Below are positions 1 through 8,283 of a stretch of 64,000 nucleotides of DNA, piece by piece. Origin of the DNA: an uncultured Candidatus Saccharibacteria bacterium (lineage in GTDB: Bacteria > Patescibacteriota > Saccharimonadia > Saccharimonadales > JAGQNJ01); assembly GCA_964590205.1 (NCBI GenBank), contig CAZPVO010000001.1:111873-175872 (forward strand), read 5' to 3'. Numbering within the stretch: position 1 is the stretch's first letter; each line of letters starts with the position of its first letter. The notes beneath the pieces were generated by a model. It made no database searches. It saw only the letters and a list, made by a program, of their open reading frames with translations, and had not been told where the DNA came from. Position numbers and translations under genes: made by a program.

Positions 1-905
1 TCATTGAAGAAATGCAGGCTGGCGTTGAACTAAGTCCCGAAGACATTCGACCATACCGAAAACCAATTAAAAAACTGAGCCCAGAACTGGGTTTTGCAGA
101 TAAAGCAGTGGCAACCTTAGGTGTTTTGGCCGTTGGTGTACCACTACGACGAGCGTTGAACCGCAAAATTGAACGGGAATTCTCGGTGCGTGCCAGCGAG
201 GCTGTCGATAAAGCTCGCGAGACGGTTGCTAGTATAGAAAACGAAGTTAATATTGTGGCGAGTTTTGAAAATCCACGTGAACAATTCGTGAATGAAGTCA
301 GTGAGTTGAGGCAAATGACAACCAAAGCAATTGCCCAGGAGCGCGACATCCGTGTTTCTAAAAAGTTGCCAGCTCAATCAGCACCTGAAACGCTGCATGG
401 CTTCCGCGGTTTTATCACCAAAATTGTTCGCAAAGTTCGCAGTTTCTTTGGATTTATTAAGCGCGCACCAAAAGTGACGCGTGAAATTACAGCGTATGAC
501 GCTGGTGCTGGCATCGAAAAAGTTGTTAAGTTTTTAAGGCAAAATACTGCTGAGGTGGAAGAAAAACTACCAATGCTCTCAAAACTGGTTCTGAGCAAAA
601 TTCCGCAGAAGTTGTCAATCACCAAGGATCATTTAGCATTCGCGGCACCTGAAATATTAGACTTTCTATTTTCAACTTCTGAGGATGAAGATGAAAGTCA
701 GGCCCTCATCGATAGTGTGCTAAGAAATCCGCACGAACTAAGATTTGTGACTCGCTATAAGAAATATTACAAAGGCTACTCACTTGATAGAATTCAGCGA
801 GCTTCACGAACTTTGTTCCCAGCAATTCGAGATTTTCTGCCAACAACGGGCCAAAAAGTCCGAGATATTTTTGACGAAGCCCAAAGTCTGCTAAGAAAAC
901 GTTGA
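1..905 (+). CDS. hypothetical protein, probably 5'-truncated by the window edge
   Basis: ORF track 12..905. The frame stays open upstream to nt 3, so the true start may lie outside the window. No family recognised. Confidence 0.6.
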   Translation, partial: IEEMQAGVELSPEDIRPYRKPIKKLSPELGFADKAVATLGVLAVGVPLRRALNRKIEREFSVRASEAVDKARETVASIENEVNIVASFENPREQFVNEVSELRQMTTKAIAQERDIRVSKKLPAQSAPETLHGFRGFITKIVRKVRSFFGFIKRAPKVTREITAYDAGAGIEKVVKFLRQNTAEVEEKLPMLSKLVLSKIPQKLSITKDHLAFAAPEILDFLFSTSEDEDESQALIDSVLRNPHELRFVTRYKKYYKGYSLDRIQRASRTLFPAIRDFLPTTGQKVRDIFDEAQSLLRKR

Positions 906-946
906 TTTTACCCCTGTAAACCGTTACCATTGTACGAGTTTATCAT

Positions 947-1033
947 GCGGATGTGGCGGAATTGGTAGACGCGCTAGCTTCAGGAGCTAGTGAGCTTCGG
1001 CTCGTGGAGGTTCAAGTCCTCTCATCCGCACCA
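947..1033 (+). tRNA. tRNA-Leu(CAG)
   Basis: Cloverleaf read by eye: acceptor GCGGATG/CATCCGC, anticodon loop TTCAGGA, long variable arm, T-loop TTCAAGT, encoded CCA. Confidence 0.9.
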
Positions 1034-1037
1034 GGAC

Positions 1038-1066
1038 TTTACATGTTAAAAGGGTGTTGTTAAACT
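1038..1066 (+). promoter_or_regulatory. sigma70-like promoter (TTTACA-N17-TGtTAAACT) ending 8 nt before ATG 1075
   Basis: -35 TTTACA at 1038-1043, a 17-nt spacer, and extended -10 TGt+TAAACT at 1058-1066. Confidence 0.45.
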
Positions 1067-1074
1067 TTAGTATC

Positions 1075-1137
1075 ATGAATAAATTAGCGAAGTTGCAAAG
1101 CGTAGTCGTCTCAGTGATTTGGACTGAGGCCAGCTAA
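1075..1137 (+). CDS. candidate 20-aa leader peptide MNKLAKLQSVVVSVIWTEAS
   Basis: The ATG lies 8 nt after the extended -10. The Val codons (1102-1116) overlap attenuator segment 1. Stop TAA at 1135-1137 sits just after segment 2. Too short for the ORF track. Confidence 0.35.
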   Translation: MNKLAKLQSVVVSVIWTEAS

Positions 1138-1190
1138 TTTCCTACTAAAATGATCAGGCCAGGCCTCAGTCCGAGGCCTGTTTTTATTTT
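1108..1190 (+). promoter_or_regulatory. attenuator-like leader with mutually exclusive hairpins 1:2, 2:3 (antiterminator) and 3:4 (terminator plus U-tract)
   Basis: Segment 1 is 1108-1115. Segment 2 is ggactgaggcc (1121-1131). Segment 3 is ggcctcagtcc (1162-1172), the perfect 11-nt complement of segment 2. Stem 3:4 runs 1160-1167/1173-1180 (8 bp, GC-rich) and is followed by TTTTTATTTT (1181-1190). Confidence 0.5.
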
Positions 1191-1201
1191 AGGAGAATAT
1201 T

Positions 1202-1552
1202 ATGACGAATTACTTTACCCCCATTGATCGGCGACTTACCTTGGAGCGTTTTGCAGAAGACAGCAAATGGGAGCAACAAGGGATACGCACCGAGTCTACT
1301 GAGCGCATAGGATTGCTAGATGAGCAGCCAATCCAGATTATTGGGCGCCGATACACTAATATTGGTGGACACGCCCTGAAACTTATTTGCTACGGACCAC
1401 TGCTAAAGCCAGAAGGCGAGCCTAATATATGTATCGGCATGCTCGGGTATCATCACCCGGATGCAGAGCCATACTGCAAATTAACAAGGCTAGCATTCAG
1501 TGAAATGGATTTGTATAGCATTATTGCAAGCATAAATGCAGACTCAGGTTAG
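1202..1552 (+). CDS. hypothetical protein (116 aa)
   Basis: ORF track. AGGAG Shine-Dalgarno 7 nt upstream. No family recognised. Confidence 0.65.
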   Translation: MTNYFTPIDRRLTLERFAEDSKWEQQGIRTESTERIGLLDEQPIQIIGRRYTNIGGHALKLICYGPLLKPEGEPNICIGMLGYHHPDAEPYCKLTRLAFSEMDLYSIIASINADSG

Positions 1553-1884
1553 TACAGTCGCCCACCGTCCATAGTTGGCGATTGGGGCTCGATTAAGATA
1601 ACCCCGTCACCATCTTTATCTGGAACGCCAAGAGTTAGAACTTCACTCATAAATTTTCCGATTTGTTTTGGTGGAAAGTTTACGACAGCTAAAACTTGCT
1701 TGCCTTTTAGGTCTTGCTTGGAATAATGCTTAGTAATTTGAGCGCTGGTTTGTTTTACACCAAGCTCTTCACCGAAATCTATCCTCAGTTTATAAGCTGG
1801 GTTTCGTGCTTCTGGAAAATCATCGACTTGAACAATCGTGCCAACTCGAATATCAACCTTTTGAAAATCATCGTAACTTATCAT
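1549..1884 (-). CDS. csaA: tRNA-binding (EMAP/CsaA-type OB-fold) protein
   Basis: The sequence 'DFQKVDIRVGTIVQVDDFPEARNPAYKLRIDFG...VLAVVNFPPKQIGKFMSEVLTLG' looks like a CsaA-type tRNA-binding domain. Start moved to ATG 1884, the internal Met preceded by an extended -10. Confidence 0.75.
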   Translation of the reverse strand: MISYDDFQKVDIRVGTIVQVDDFPEARNPAYKLRIDFGEELGVKQTSAQITKHYSKQDLKGKQVLAVVNFPPKQIGKFMSEVLTLGVPDKDGDGVILIEPQSPTMDGGRLY

Positions 1885-1891
1885 TGCAAAG

Positions 1892-1900
1892 ATAGTACCA
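1892..1900 (-). promoter_or_regulatory. extended -10 (TGgTACTAT) 7 nt upstream of ATG 1884
   Basis: Reverse complement of 1892-1900 reads TGGTACTAT. No Shine-Dalgarno lies between it and the start codon. Confidence 0.45.
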
Positions 1901-1991
1901 CAGTTGCTGAGTGACTCGGTAGAGACATAGCAATTATTTGTTTGTGGTATCATACTTGTAAGATAGTTATGCTTGGGGCAAAAGGATAAAA

Positions 1992-3629
1992 ATGAACAAA
2001 GTTGCGCATTATTTGCAAGAGCATGTGCTGGGTGAAGTTATGACGAGTACTGATGCTCGCAAGTACTTTTCGACAGATGGCGGTGTTTTTGCGGTTATGC
2101 CGAGCATGATTGTGTATCCTCAAAACGAAAACGACATCAGAAAAACGGCGCGTTTCACCTGGCAGTTAGCCGAACGAGGGCGGGTTATTCCAATTACGGC
2201 TCGTGGTACTGGTAGCGGTCAAACGAGCGCAGCTGTAGGCTCAGGAATTATTTTGGTTACTCCAGCTCATATGAATAAATTGATAGAGTTTGACACTCGT
2301 CGTGGCAGCGTCATAGTTCAGCCAGGGATAAATTACGGCAAATTGCAACAAACCCTTCATACGCACGGACGTTTTTTGCCTCCGTATCCTTCATCAATTG
2401 AATACTCTACAGTCGGTGGTGCGGTTGCCAACAATGCCGGCGGCGAAAAGTCTGTTAAGTATGGCTGTACTCGTGACTATGTTGATAGCTTGCGAGTTGT
2501 ACTTGCTAACGGCGAGGTTATTGAAACGCGTCGACTCAGTAAACGTGAAGTTAGCAAAAAAATGGGGCTGTCGAGTTTTGAAGGTGAAATTTATCGTTCG
2601 CTGGATAAATTAATCGAAGAAAATCATGATGTTATTGACGGTATAAATTTGGATGTCACCAAAAACTCAGCCGGTTATGACATTGTAGACGTGAAACGCA
2701 AAGACGGCTCAGTTGATTTAACGCCGTTGTTTGTCGGTTCGCAAGGTACACTCGGAGTTGTCAGCGAAATTAACTTGCGTACAGAACCTTTTAACCCAGA
2801 AACAACACTTATCGCAGCGTATTTTAATGATATTGAAAGTGCCCAAAAAGCTGTACTTGAACTTCGCAAATTACCAGATATGCCAAGTGCACTCGAAGTG
2901 GTTGATGATAATTTGCTCAACTTTATTGACAAACATAATCCAAATCAGTTGAGGGGAATTGTCGAGAAGCCATTCCATAAACTGATTATGCTCATTGAGT
3001 TCGATAATCTGAATGAACGATCACGCAAAAAAATGGCTCACCGCGCTATAAAAATTCTGAATAAATACAACACTGAATATCAAATGGAAACTGAGTCAGA
3101 AGCCAAAGAGCGATTATGGAAAATTCGCCATAGCGCCTCGTCAGTCATCACCCACGCAGAAGGTAATACCAAAGCACTGCCGATCATCGAAGATGGCATC
3201 GTTCCAGTTGAAAAATTTGCCGAGTATCTGAATGGCGTGTACGAGCTGTTTAATAAGTATCATTTGCCGGCTGCAACATGGGGGCACGCTGGAAATGGCA
3301 ATTTGCACATGCAGCCATTTTTGGATTTGAGCTTGGTCGGCGATCGCCAAAAAGTTTTCAAAATCATTGATGATTATTACTCACTTGTGATTAGTCTTGG
3401 CGGCAGTACCAGTGGTGAACATAGTGATGGTCGCTTGCGGGCGCCATATCTCAAGCGTTTGTACGGCGAGCAGGCTTATGAATTATTTGGCAAAATCAAA
3501 CAAGTTTTTGATCCCTATGGCACGCTCAATCCAGGTGTCAAAATAAATGTTTCACTTGATGATATCAAACCGCTCCTCCGCGAAGAGTACTCCATGAACC
3601 ACTTATATGATCACTTGCCTAAGAGCTAA
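1992..3629 (+). CDS. FAD-linked oxidase (GlcD / D-lactate dehydrogenase-like)
   Basis: FAD-binding-4-type N-terminal half ('ARGTGSG...GINYGKLQ...STVGGAVANNAGG') and an FAD-oxidase C-terminal half ('GGSTSGEHSDGRLR'). Confidence 0.8.
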   Translation: MNKVAHYLQEHVLGEVMTSTDARKYFSTDGGVFAVMPSMIVYPQNENDIRKTARFTWQLAERGRVIPITARGTGSGQTSAAVGSGIILVTPAHMNKLIEFDTRRGSVIVQPGINYGKLQQTLHTHGRFLPPYPSSIEYSTVGGAVANNAGGEKSVKYGCTRDYVDSLRVVLANGEVIETRRLSKREVSKKMGLSSFEGEIYRSLDKLIEENHDVIDGINLDVTKNSAGYDIVDVKRKDGSVDLTPLFVGSQGTLGVVSEINLRTEPFNPETTLIAAYFNDIESAQKAVLELRKLPDMPSALEVVDDNLLNFIDKHNPNQLRGIVEKPFHKLIMLIEFDNLNERSRKKMAHRAIKILNKYNTEYQMETESEAKERLWKIRHSASSVITHAEGNTKALPIIEDGIVPVEKFAEYLNGVYELFNKYHLPAATWGHAGNGNLHMQPFLDLSLVGDRQKVFKIIDDYYSLVISLGGSTSGEHSDGRLRAPYLKRLYGEQAYELFGKIKQVFDPYGTLNPGVKINVSLDDIKPLLREEYSMNHLYDHLPKS

Positions 3630-4047
3630 GTTTTTTCGATAGATTTTTGTACATATGTCCTGGCTGGTATCCCTGCGCTTCCCAGAATTTCTGGGCATCT
3701 TCATTGACTTGATCAACATAAACTTCTAAAAATTTATTGCCATGTATCTGTGCCTGTCTCTCCGCAGCTTGCACCAATTGAGTGCCAATACTGCGGCGGC
3801 GATGCGGAGAGCTCACCGCTAATCGATTAAGTGTTGGGATAATATCTGAATCCTGCAAATAAATAGTGCCAACAATTTGATTGCTAATAGTTGCAACAAT
3901 GATATTGTCAGGGTGGTTGTCACTATATTCTCGAAGCTTCTCCGGAGATTCGTAATCCGGGTCAAGCATATCGGCTTCACCCAAAACTTCAGCTAGACCT
4001 TGGTAATCATCAGGATGCTGATATGCACGAATTTCAAAGCCTGCCAT
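3619..4047 (-). CDS. GNAT family N-acetyltransferase
   Basis: 'LAVSSPHRRRSIGTQLVQAAERQA' is the acetyl-CoA-binding motif A. ATG 4047 is preferred over the TTG at 4065 in the track. Confidence 0.75.
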   Translation of the reverse strand: MAGFEIRAYQHPDDYQGLAEVLGEADMLDPDYESPEKLREYSDNHPDNIIVATISNQIVGTIYLQDSDIIPTLNRLAVSSPHRRRSIGTQLVQAAERQAQIHGNKFLEVYVDQVNEDAQKFWEAQGYQPGHMYKNLSKKLSS

Positions 4048-4087
4048 ATTACTTATTATTGTCAAACTTTACAAATCTGCAAGCATG

Positions 4088-4112
4088 AGCAAAAAAATCC
4101 CTTGCGGGATTT
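4088..4112 (-). terminator. rho-independent terminator after tRNA-Val
   Basis: On the minus strand: AAATCCC-GCAA-GGGATTT followed by TTTT. Confidence 0.6.
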
Positions 4113-4115
4113 ATG

Positions 4116-4192
4116 TGGTGGGCGCTGAGGGACTCGAACCCCCGACCCCCTCGGTGTAAACGAGATGCTCTAGCCAACTGAGCTAAGCGCCC
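4116..4192 (-). tRNA. tRNA-Val(TAC)
   Basis: Acceptor GGGCGCT/AGCGCCC, anticodon loop TTTACAC, T-loop TTCGAGT, encoded CCA. Confidence 0.9.
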
Positions 4193-4244
4193 GGGTCGTT
4201 TGGTACCGGTAGATAATACCTCGTAACAGGGGAAAATGCAATGC

Positions 4245-4886
4245 TTAAACGTTGAGGTCGAATTCACGACCCAGTTCGGTAGCGATAAATTCCGTGCCTT
4301 GTTCTTTGAACGTTCCTTCGAGCCATTTTATAAGATCAGTTCGGGCTTGGTCGTTGTAATGCCAATCGTGAATCGGAATAATATACTTTGGCTTTAGCTT
4401 GGAAATGATATTTGCTGCATCAGTTATTGTGCCACCTAGCCATGGACCAAAGATTGGTAAACATAGAATTGGTGGAGCTTTAGCTATATCCATACTGTCA
4501 CCAACGTGCATAAGCTTGCCTGCAATAGTCATTTTGGTGTTTTCAAAAATCGGAATACCTTCCCATAGATGTGCGTGCTCGCCAACATCAAGCGTAATTA
4601 ACTGATCATTATCACTGTCAGCTACGATGCCAATTGCTTGCAGCTTTTTGACAACGGCTGGACCGGCTTTAAATTTCACACTTGGTGAGTTAGCTTTGAT
4701 TTTCTTGAAAGCTTCTTCGTTGAAGTGATCAAAATGTTCATGCGTCACCAAACAGTAATCAAGATGAGATAAAACTTCATCAGTCAATTGACCCGACTCC
4801 CAAGTAAAACCGCCCGGGTCAATCAGAATACGCTTGCCGTTTTCTTCGACCCACACACAAGAATGTACAAACTTCTTTATCCGCAT
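4245..4886 (-). CDS. MBL-fold metallo-hydrolase
   Basis: 'THEHFDHF' matches the HxHxDH metal-binding motif. Confidence 0.75.
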   Translation of the reverse strand: MRIKKFVHSCVWVEENGKRILIDPGGFTWESGQLTDEVLSHLDYCLVTHEHFDHFNEEAFKKIKANSPSVKFKAGPAVVKKLQAIGIVADSDNDQLITLDVGEHAHLWEGIPIFENTKMTIAGKLMHVGDSMDIAKAPPILCLPIFGPWLGGTITDAANIISKLKPKYIIPIHDWHYNDQARTDLIKWLEGTFKEQGTEFIATELGREFDLNV

Positions 4887-4892
4887 ACTTCT

Positions 4893-4898
4893 ATTATA
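4893..4898 (-). promoter_or_regulatory. -10 TATAAT 6 nt upstream of ATG 4886
   Basis: Minus strand reads gcgcTATAATagaagtATG. No Shine-Dalgarno. Confidence 0.45.
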
Positions 4899-4969
4899 GC
4901 GCTTTACTCAAAGGGTCCCCCAAGCCGAGGGGATTCGGCTTGGGTTAGGGCGTAACAATTGATGAAAGC

Positions 4970-5006
4970 TGAAAAAGAAAACAGCTTCCTGTTTCCTTGG
5001 AAGCTG
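4970..5006 (-). terminator. rho-independent terminator after tRNA-Leu(GAG)
   Basis: Stem CAGCTTCC/GGAAGCTG (4982-4989/4999-5006), followed on the minus strand by TTTTCTTTTT. Confidence 0.65.
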
Positions 5007-5022
5007 AAATGCAATTGTAAGC

Positions 5023-5109
5023 TGGTGCGGACGAAAGGACTTGAACCTTCACAGGATTACTCCCACTACCCCCTCAAGGTAGCGCGTCTACCAATTCCGC
5101 CACGTCCGC
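5023..5109 (-). tRNA. tRNA-Leu(GAG)
   Basis: Acceptor GCGGACG/CGTCCGC, anticodon loop TTGAGGG, long variable arm, encoded CCA. Confidence 0.9.
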
Positions 5110-5158
5110 GTATATAGACCATTATATCCTACAGATTACAGAGATAAAATCAAGCTTT

Positions 5159-5167
5159 TGCTACTAT
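5159..5167 (+). promoter_or_regulatory. extended -10 (TGcTACTAT) 6 nt upstream of ATG 5174
   Basis: Read directly from the sequence. No Shine-Dalgarno. Confidence 0.45.
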
Positions 5168-5173
5168 TAGAGT

Positions 5174-6028
5174 ATGAAGACATTAACTTTGAAGGATGGG
5201 CGAACACTCGCATATGAGGATTGTGGCGATCCAAATGGCCAGCCGATTCTTTTTCAGCACGGGACGGGTGACTCTCGGCTTTGCAAAAATCCGGATGAAA
5301 CAATTTTAAAAGAGCTAAAAATTAGACTTATTACTACTGATCGCCCTGGAGTCGGTGGCTCTACTTACAAAAAGAATCGCACCATACTTGAATGGGCCGA
5401 TGACATTAAACAGTTGGCCGACAAGCTAGGTATCGACAAATTTATTGTGGCTGGCCATTCTGGGGGCTGCCCACATGCTCTAGCGATCGCTTATAAAATG
5501 ACAGATCGTGTTATTAAAATTGGTTTAGCATCTCCTTTAGTACCATTTGATGAACCAGGCAACAAGAAATTGGTTAAAGACCGTGATTTGCAGATTATTT
5601 TTCATCTAAGACACCTTAAATTCCTGGCAAACGAAGGCAGTAAAGTCGAAATAAAAATGTTTAAAAACAATATGAAAAAATTTGTCGATCAGTGCATTAA
5701 ACACTATCCGGAAGATAAGTTAGTGTTTGCGAATCCACAGCTTGAGCCAATGTTTGAAGCCGAGTTTAAAGAGGCATTTAATAATGATGGGCTGGGGATG
5801 CTAGCTGATTTTTGGGCGTTTGAAGATTGGGGATTCAAAATCGAGGATGTACAGCAGCCAACAAAACTTTTTTATGGTGATGCCGATACAATTTTGAGCC
5901 CCAAATCAGCTGATCATTATCGAAAGCGAATGCCAAACTTAGTGGGCGCGACGTGGATTGCTGGCGGGCACTACGGAGTTTACAATTCCAAGCGTTGGCG
6001 TGGATTCCTGAGCAGCCTAACTACTTAA
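5174..6028 (+). CDS. alpha/beta hydrolase
   Basis: 'ILFQHGTGDS' oxyanion region and the 'AGHSGG' nucleophile elbow (GxSxG). Confidence 0.75.
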   Translation: MKTLTLKDGRTLAYEDCGDPNGQPILFQHGTGDSRLCKNPDETILKELKIRLITTDRPGVGGSTYKKNRTILEWADDIKQLADKLGIDKFIVAGHSGGCPHALAIAYKMTDRVIKIGLASPLVPFDEPGNKKLVKDRDLQIIFHLRHLKFLANEGSKVEIKMFKNNMKKFVDQCIKHYPEDKLVFANPQLEPMFEAEFKEAFNNDGLGMLADFWAFEDWGFKIEDVQQPTKLFYGDADTILSPKSADHYRKRMPNLVGATWIAGGHYGVYNSKRWRGFLSSLTT

Positions 6029-6054
6029 ATATTGTAAATAGCAGTATATTATTA

Positions 6055-6060
6055 TATAAT
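6055..6060 (+). promoter_or_regulatory. -10 TATAAT 6 nt upstream of ATG 6067
   Basis: Sequence reads tattaTATAATatacatATG. Confidence 0.45.
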
Positions 6061-6066
6061 ATACAT

Positions 6067-6711
6067 ATGATTGAGGATATTCAGGAACTGCATCAGTCTA
6101 TTCCTTGGGGAGAACACTCAAGGCCTTATTATGATGCCCGAATAGCAGCAAGTTTAGAGTTCGACAAGGTTCTTACTCGCTTATTTACAGCTGAACAGAT
6201 AGCTGATCACGACATGTTTGTGGAAGCAAAGCAAGATGCTGAGTTGAGTTTTAAGTTGAGTCTTACTGATGATGAACATGACCAATATATTCAGCAAATG
6301 AATAGTGGTGATAATCCGGATGATATACCTGAAGATGAAGTTGAAAACGTTATTGATGCGGTGCGTGAACATATTGAATCAGAGGTTGAAGCCATCCCGG
6401 AGTACCCGTTAACTTTATGGCGGCCAAAGTTCGTTTCGGCAACGCGCCAATATGATTCTCAAGATGGCTACACTGGCCGCTATGTTCATACAATAAAATT
6501 CTTTTCGGGCGGAGATCTTATCGTGCATAGCAACAGACTATTGCGCATGGGGGAAGATGAGCTGGAACTGGATATTAATGATTTGCCAGATCTTTCAGTT
6601 GGCGGAATCGTACTGGGATTGCATAAAGCAATTGACTGCATGAAGGAGCTATATAACATGCCTGTCGATGAACTTATGGATACGCTCGACCTGTGGGAAG
6701 ACGGCCAGTAA
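6067..6711 (+). CDS. hypothetical acidic protein (214 aa)
   Basis: ORF track 5953..6711. Start moved to ATG 6067, which removes the overlap with the upstream gene and fits the -10 geometry. Confidence 0.6.
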   Translation: MIEDIQELHQSIPWGEHSRPYYDARIAASLEFDKVLTRLFTAEQIADHDMFVEAKQDAELSFKLSLTDDEHDQYIQQMNSGDNPDDIPEDEVENVIDAVREHIESEVEAIPEYPLTLWRPKFVSATRQYDSQDGYTGRYVHTIKFFSGGDLIVHSNRLLRMGEDELELDINDLPDLSVGGIVLGLHKAIDCMKELYNMPVDELMDTLDLWEDGQ

Positions 6712-6751
6712 TACCAAGGCAGCTAAACTTTACCAATAATTAGCAGAAGGG

Positions 6752-6757
6752 TATACT
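6752..6757 (+). promoter_or_regulatory. -10 TATACT 7 nt upstream of ATG 6765
   Basis: Sequence reads gggTATACTaaaaaccATG. Confidence 0.4.
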
Positions 6758-6764
6758 AAAAACC

Positions 6765-7430
6765 ATGCAGAGTATAAACGTGCAGGGAAGTAAAGTTTTT
6801 ACTAAAAAATTCTTAGTTATTGGCATTGTTCTGTTAGCAGTAACGCTAGCTGTTGTGGTAAGCATAGTATTGACTCAACGCAAGCACTTGGCCAAAGCCG
6901 AAGAGGGGAACGTACAATCAGCATCGACAGTTGCATCTGAAAATCCTGTATCAGCGCCAGAAAGCGTTAGTACAAGTAGCCCAACGAGCATAACAACTCA
7001 AACTCATACAGCAGCGCCCCTATCAAATCAGCCGGCTACAACTTCTCCAGTAGTAAATGTACCAACTGGTGATGCCGGACCATCGCTTAATCCAGCTAAT
7101 ACATATAACCCGGTTGTCCAAAAAGGTTTCGTCATCGGAACGGTGACAACCCAAGTTGGTGGTCAAGGCTGTGGTTTGCCTATGGGCTATTGCACGGTCG
7201 CTTACATGACAACGATAACTGCTAAAGATATGAACGGTAATATTGTTGCTTCTATGTCGACAGCACAAGACGGTAGCTATGGATTTAAACTGAAACCCGG
7301 AACGTACATGCTTTTTGTTGCCGACGTGGATGGTTCTCATATAACGCCATTGCCAAAAACAGTTACGGTGACTGAAGGCGACACGCAAACGGTCGACTTT
7401 TTCTACGAACCACTCGCGATGACCAACTAG
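6765..7430 (+). CDS. membrane-anchored extracytoplasmic protein with a carboxypeptidase-regulatory-like beta-sandwich
   Basis: N-terminal TM helix, a Ser/Thr/Pro linker, and a C-terminal 'DGSYGFKLKPGTYMLFV' motif. Confidence 0.55.
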   Translation: MQSINVQGSKVFTKKFLVIGIVLLAVTLAVVVSIVLTQRKHLAKAEEGNVQSASTVASENPVSAPESVSTSSPTSITTQTHTAAPLSNQPATTSPVVNVPTGDAGPSLNPANTYNPVVQKGFVIGTVTTQVGGQGCGLPMGYCTVAYMTTITAKDMNGNIVASMSTAQDGSYGFKLKPGTYMLFVADVDGSHITPLPKTVTVTEGDTQTVDFFYEPLAMTN

Positions 7431-7437
7431 TCACTTC

Positions 7438-7465
7438 AAAAAATAAAAACCCGAACAAATCGGGT
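7438..7465. terminator. bidirectional terminator hairpin (tRNA-Phe on the minus strand, CDS 6765..7430 on the plus strand)
   Basis: Stem ACCCGA/TCGGGT (7449-7454/7460-7465). The minus strand continues TTTTATTTTTT and the plus strand TCATATTTT. Confidence 0.55.
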
Positions 7466-7473
7466 TCATATTT

Positions 7474-7549
7474 TGGTGGCTCCTCCCAGACTCGAACTGG
7501 GGACACAAGGCTCTTCAGGCCTCTGCTCTACCAACTGAGCTAAAGAGCC
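7474..7549 (-). tRNA. tRNA-Phe(GAA)
   Basis: Acceptor GGCTCTT/AGGAGCC, anticodon loop CTGAAGA, canonical D-loop (GG) and T-loop (TTCGAGT), encoded CCA. Confidence 0.9.
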
Positions 7550-7608
7550 ACATTAACTCAAGTATTTTACGAGAAATACCAGATAAACTCAAGAGAAGCA
7601 TATCGGTC

Positions 7609-7617
7609 TGGTATGAT
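7609..7617 (+). promoter_or_regulatory. extended -10 (TGgTATGAT) 6 nt upstream of ATG 7624
   Basis: Read directly from the sequence. Confidence 0.45.
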
Positions 7618-7623
7618 TAAATA

Positions 7624-8241
7624 ATGTTTTTTCAGTTGCTTGGTATTTTAGGAGCTGTTCTTTTAATTGTTGGTGACATTCCCTATGTTGTTGATACATT
7701 CAAAGGCAAAACAAAACCTCATCGTGTAACTTGGGGCATTGTTGTGTTAGTCAATGGCATAGGTTTTGCCAATCAGCTTGCTAGTGGTGCTTCTAATTCG
7801 TTGTGGGGTTTTGGGGCTGCCACTTTTATTACAGGGGTAATCTTTCTATCATCTCTCAAATTTGGCACGGGTGGGCATTCGAGAAATGACATGATTGCTC
7901 TTCTTGCAAGTCTTGTAGGCGTTGGGTTATGGGTAATTTTTGATTCCCCACTTTTCAGTATAGTTGCAAATGTTTTTGTCGCGATAATCTCGTTACTCCC
8001 TACAATTGCAAAAGCGAAGATGCATCCTGAAACCGAAACTAAAGTAAGTTGGTTATTGGGATCTATTGCTTCTACATTAACAATGCTTTCAGTTGGAGCA
8101 CTCAATTGGAGGCTAATAATCCTACCGCTCGTAGGCGCACTCCTGCAGGCCTACATGGTTTATATTTTGTATTTTGAGACCAGAAATAAAAAACCTATCA
8201 AAGCTGTGGATGTAGACGAAGCGAAGCGTAACATTTTGTAA
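7624..8241 (+). CDS. polytopic membrane protein, unknown function
   Basis: About 6 hydrophobic helices. No family recognised. Confidence 0.6.
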   Translation: MFFQLLGILGAVLLIVGDIPYVVDTFKGKTKPHRVTWGIVVLVNGIGFANQLASGASNSLWGFGAATFITGVIFLSSLKFGTGGHSRNDMIALLASLVGVGLWVIFDSPLFSIVANVFVAIISLLPTIAKAKMHPETETKVSWLLGSIASTLTMLSVGALNWRLIILPLVGALLQAYMVYILYFETRNKKPIKAVDVDEAKRNIL

Positions 8242-8283
8242 GCTAGAGTGCTATAATATAGGTATAAATAAGGGAGGAACCAC

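Noticed and set aside
144-930. Minus-strand ORFs 144..377, 374..625 and 706..930 from the six-frame track. The same kind of antisense ORF occurs throughout, e.g. 2675..2932, 7023..7388, 18056..18616, 27589..28014, 33651..33887, 53533..53892.
   Set aside because: They lie entirely inside longer, motif-supported ORFs on the opposite strand. They have biased, low-complexity or Cys/Ser/Arg-rich composition and no start-site signals, so they are shadow ORFs.
4049-4267. 72-aa ORF on the minus strand.
   Set aside because: It runs straight through tRNA-Val(TAC) and its terminator. The tRNA explains the sequence conservation.
4919-4944. 10-bp perfect hairpin CCCAAGCCGA-ggggat-TCGGCTTGGG, considered as a 5'-UTR regulator of the MBL-fold gene.
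   Set aside because: The TATAAT at 4893-4898 puts the transcription start downstream of the hairpin, so it is not in that mRNA. No U-tract follows it on either strand. It remains an unexplained stem-loop of low priority.
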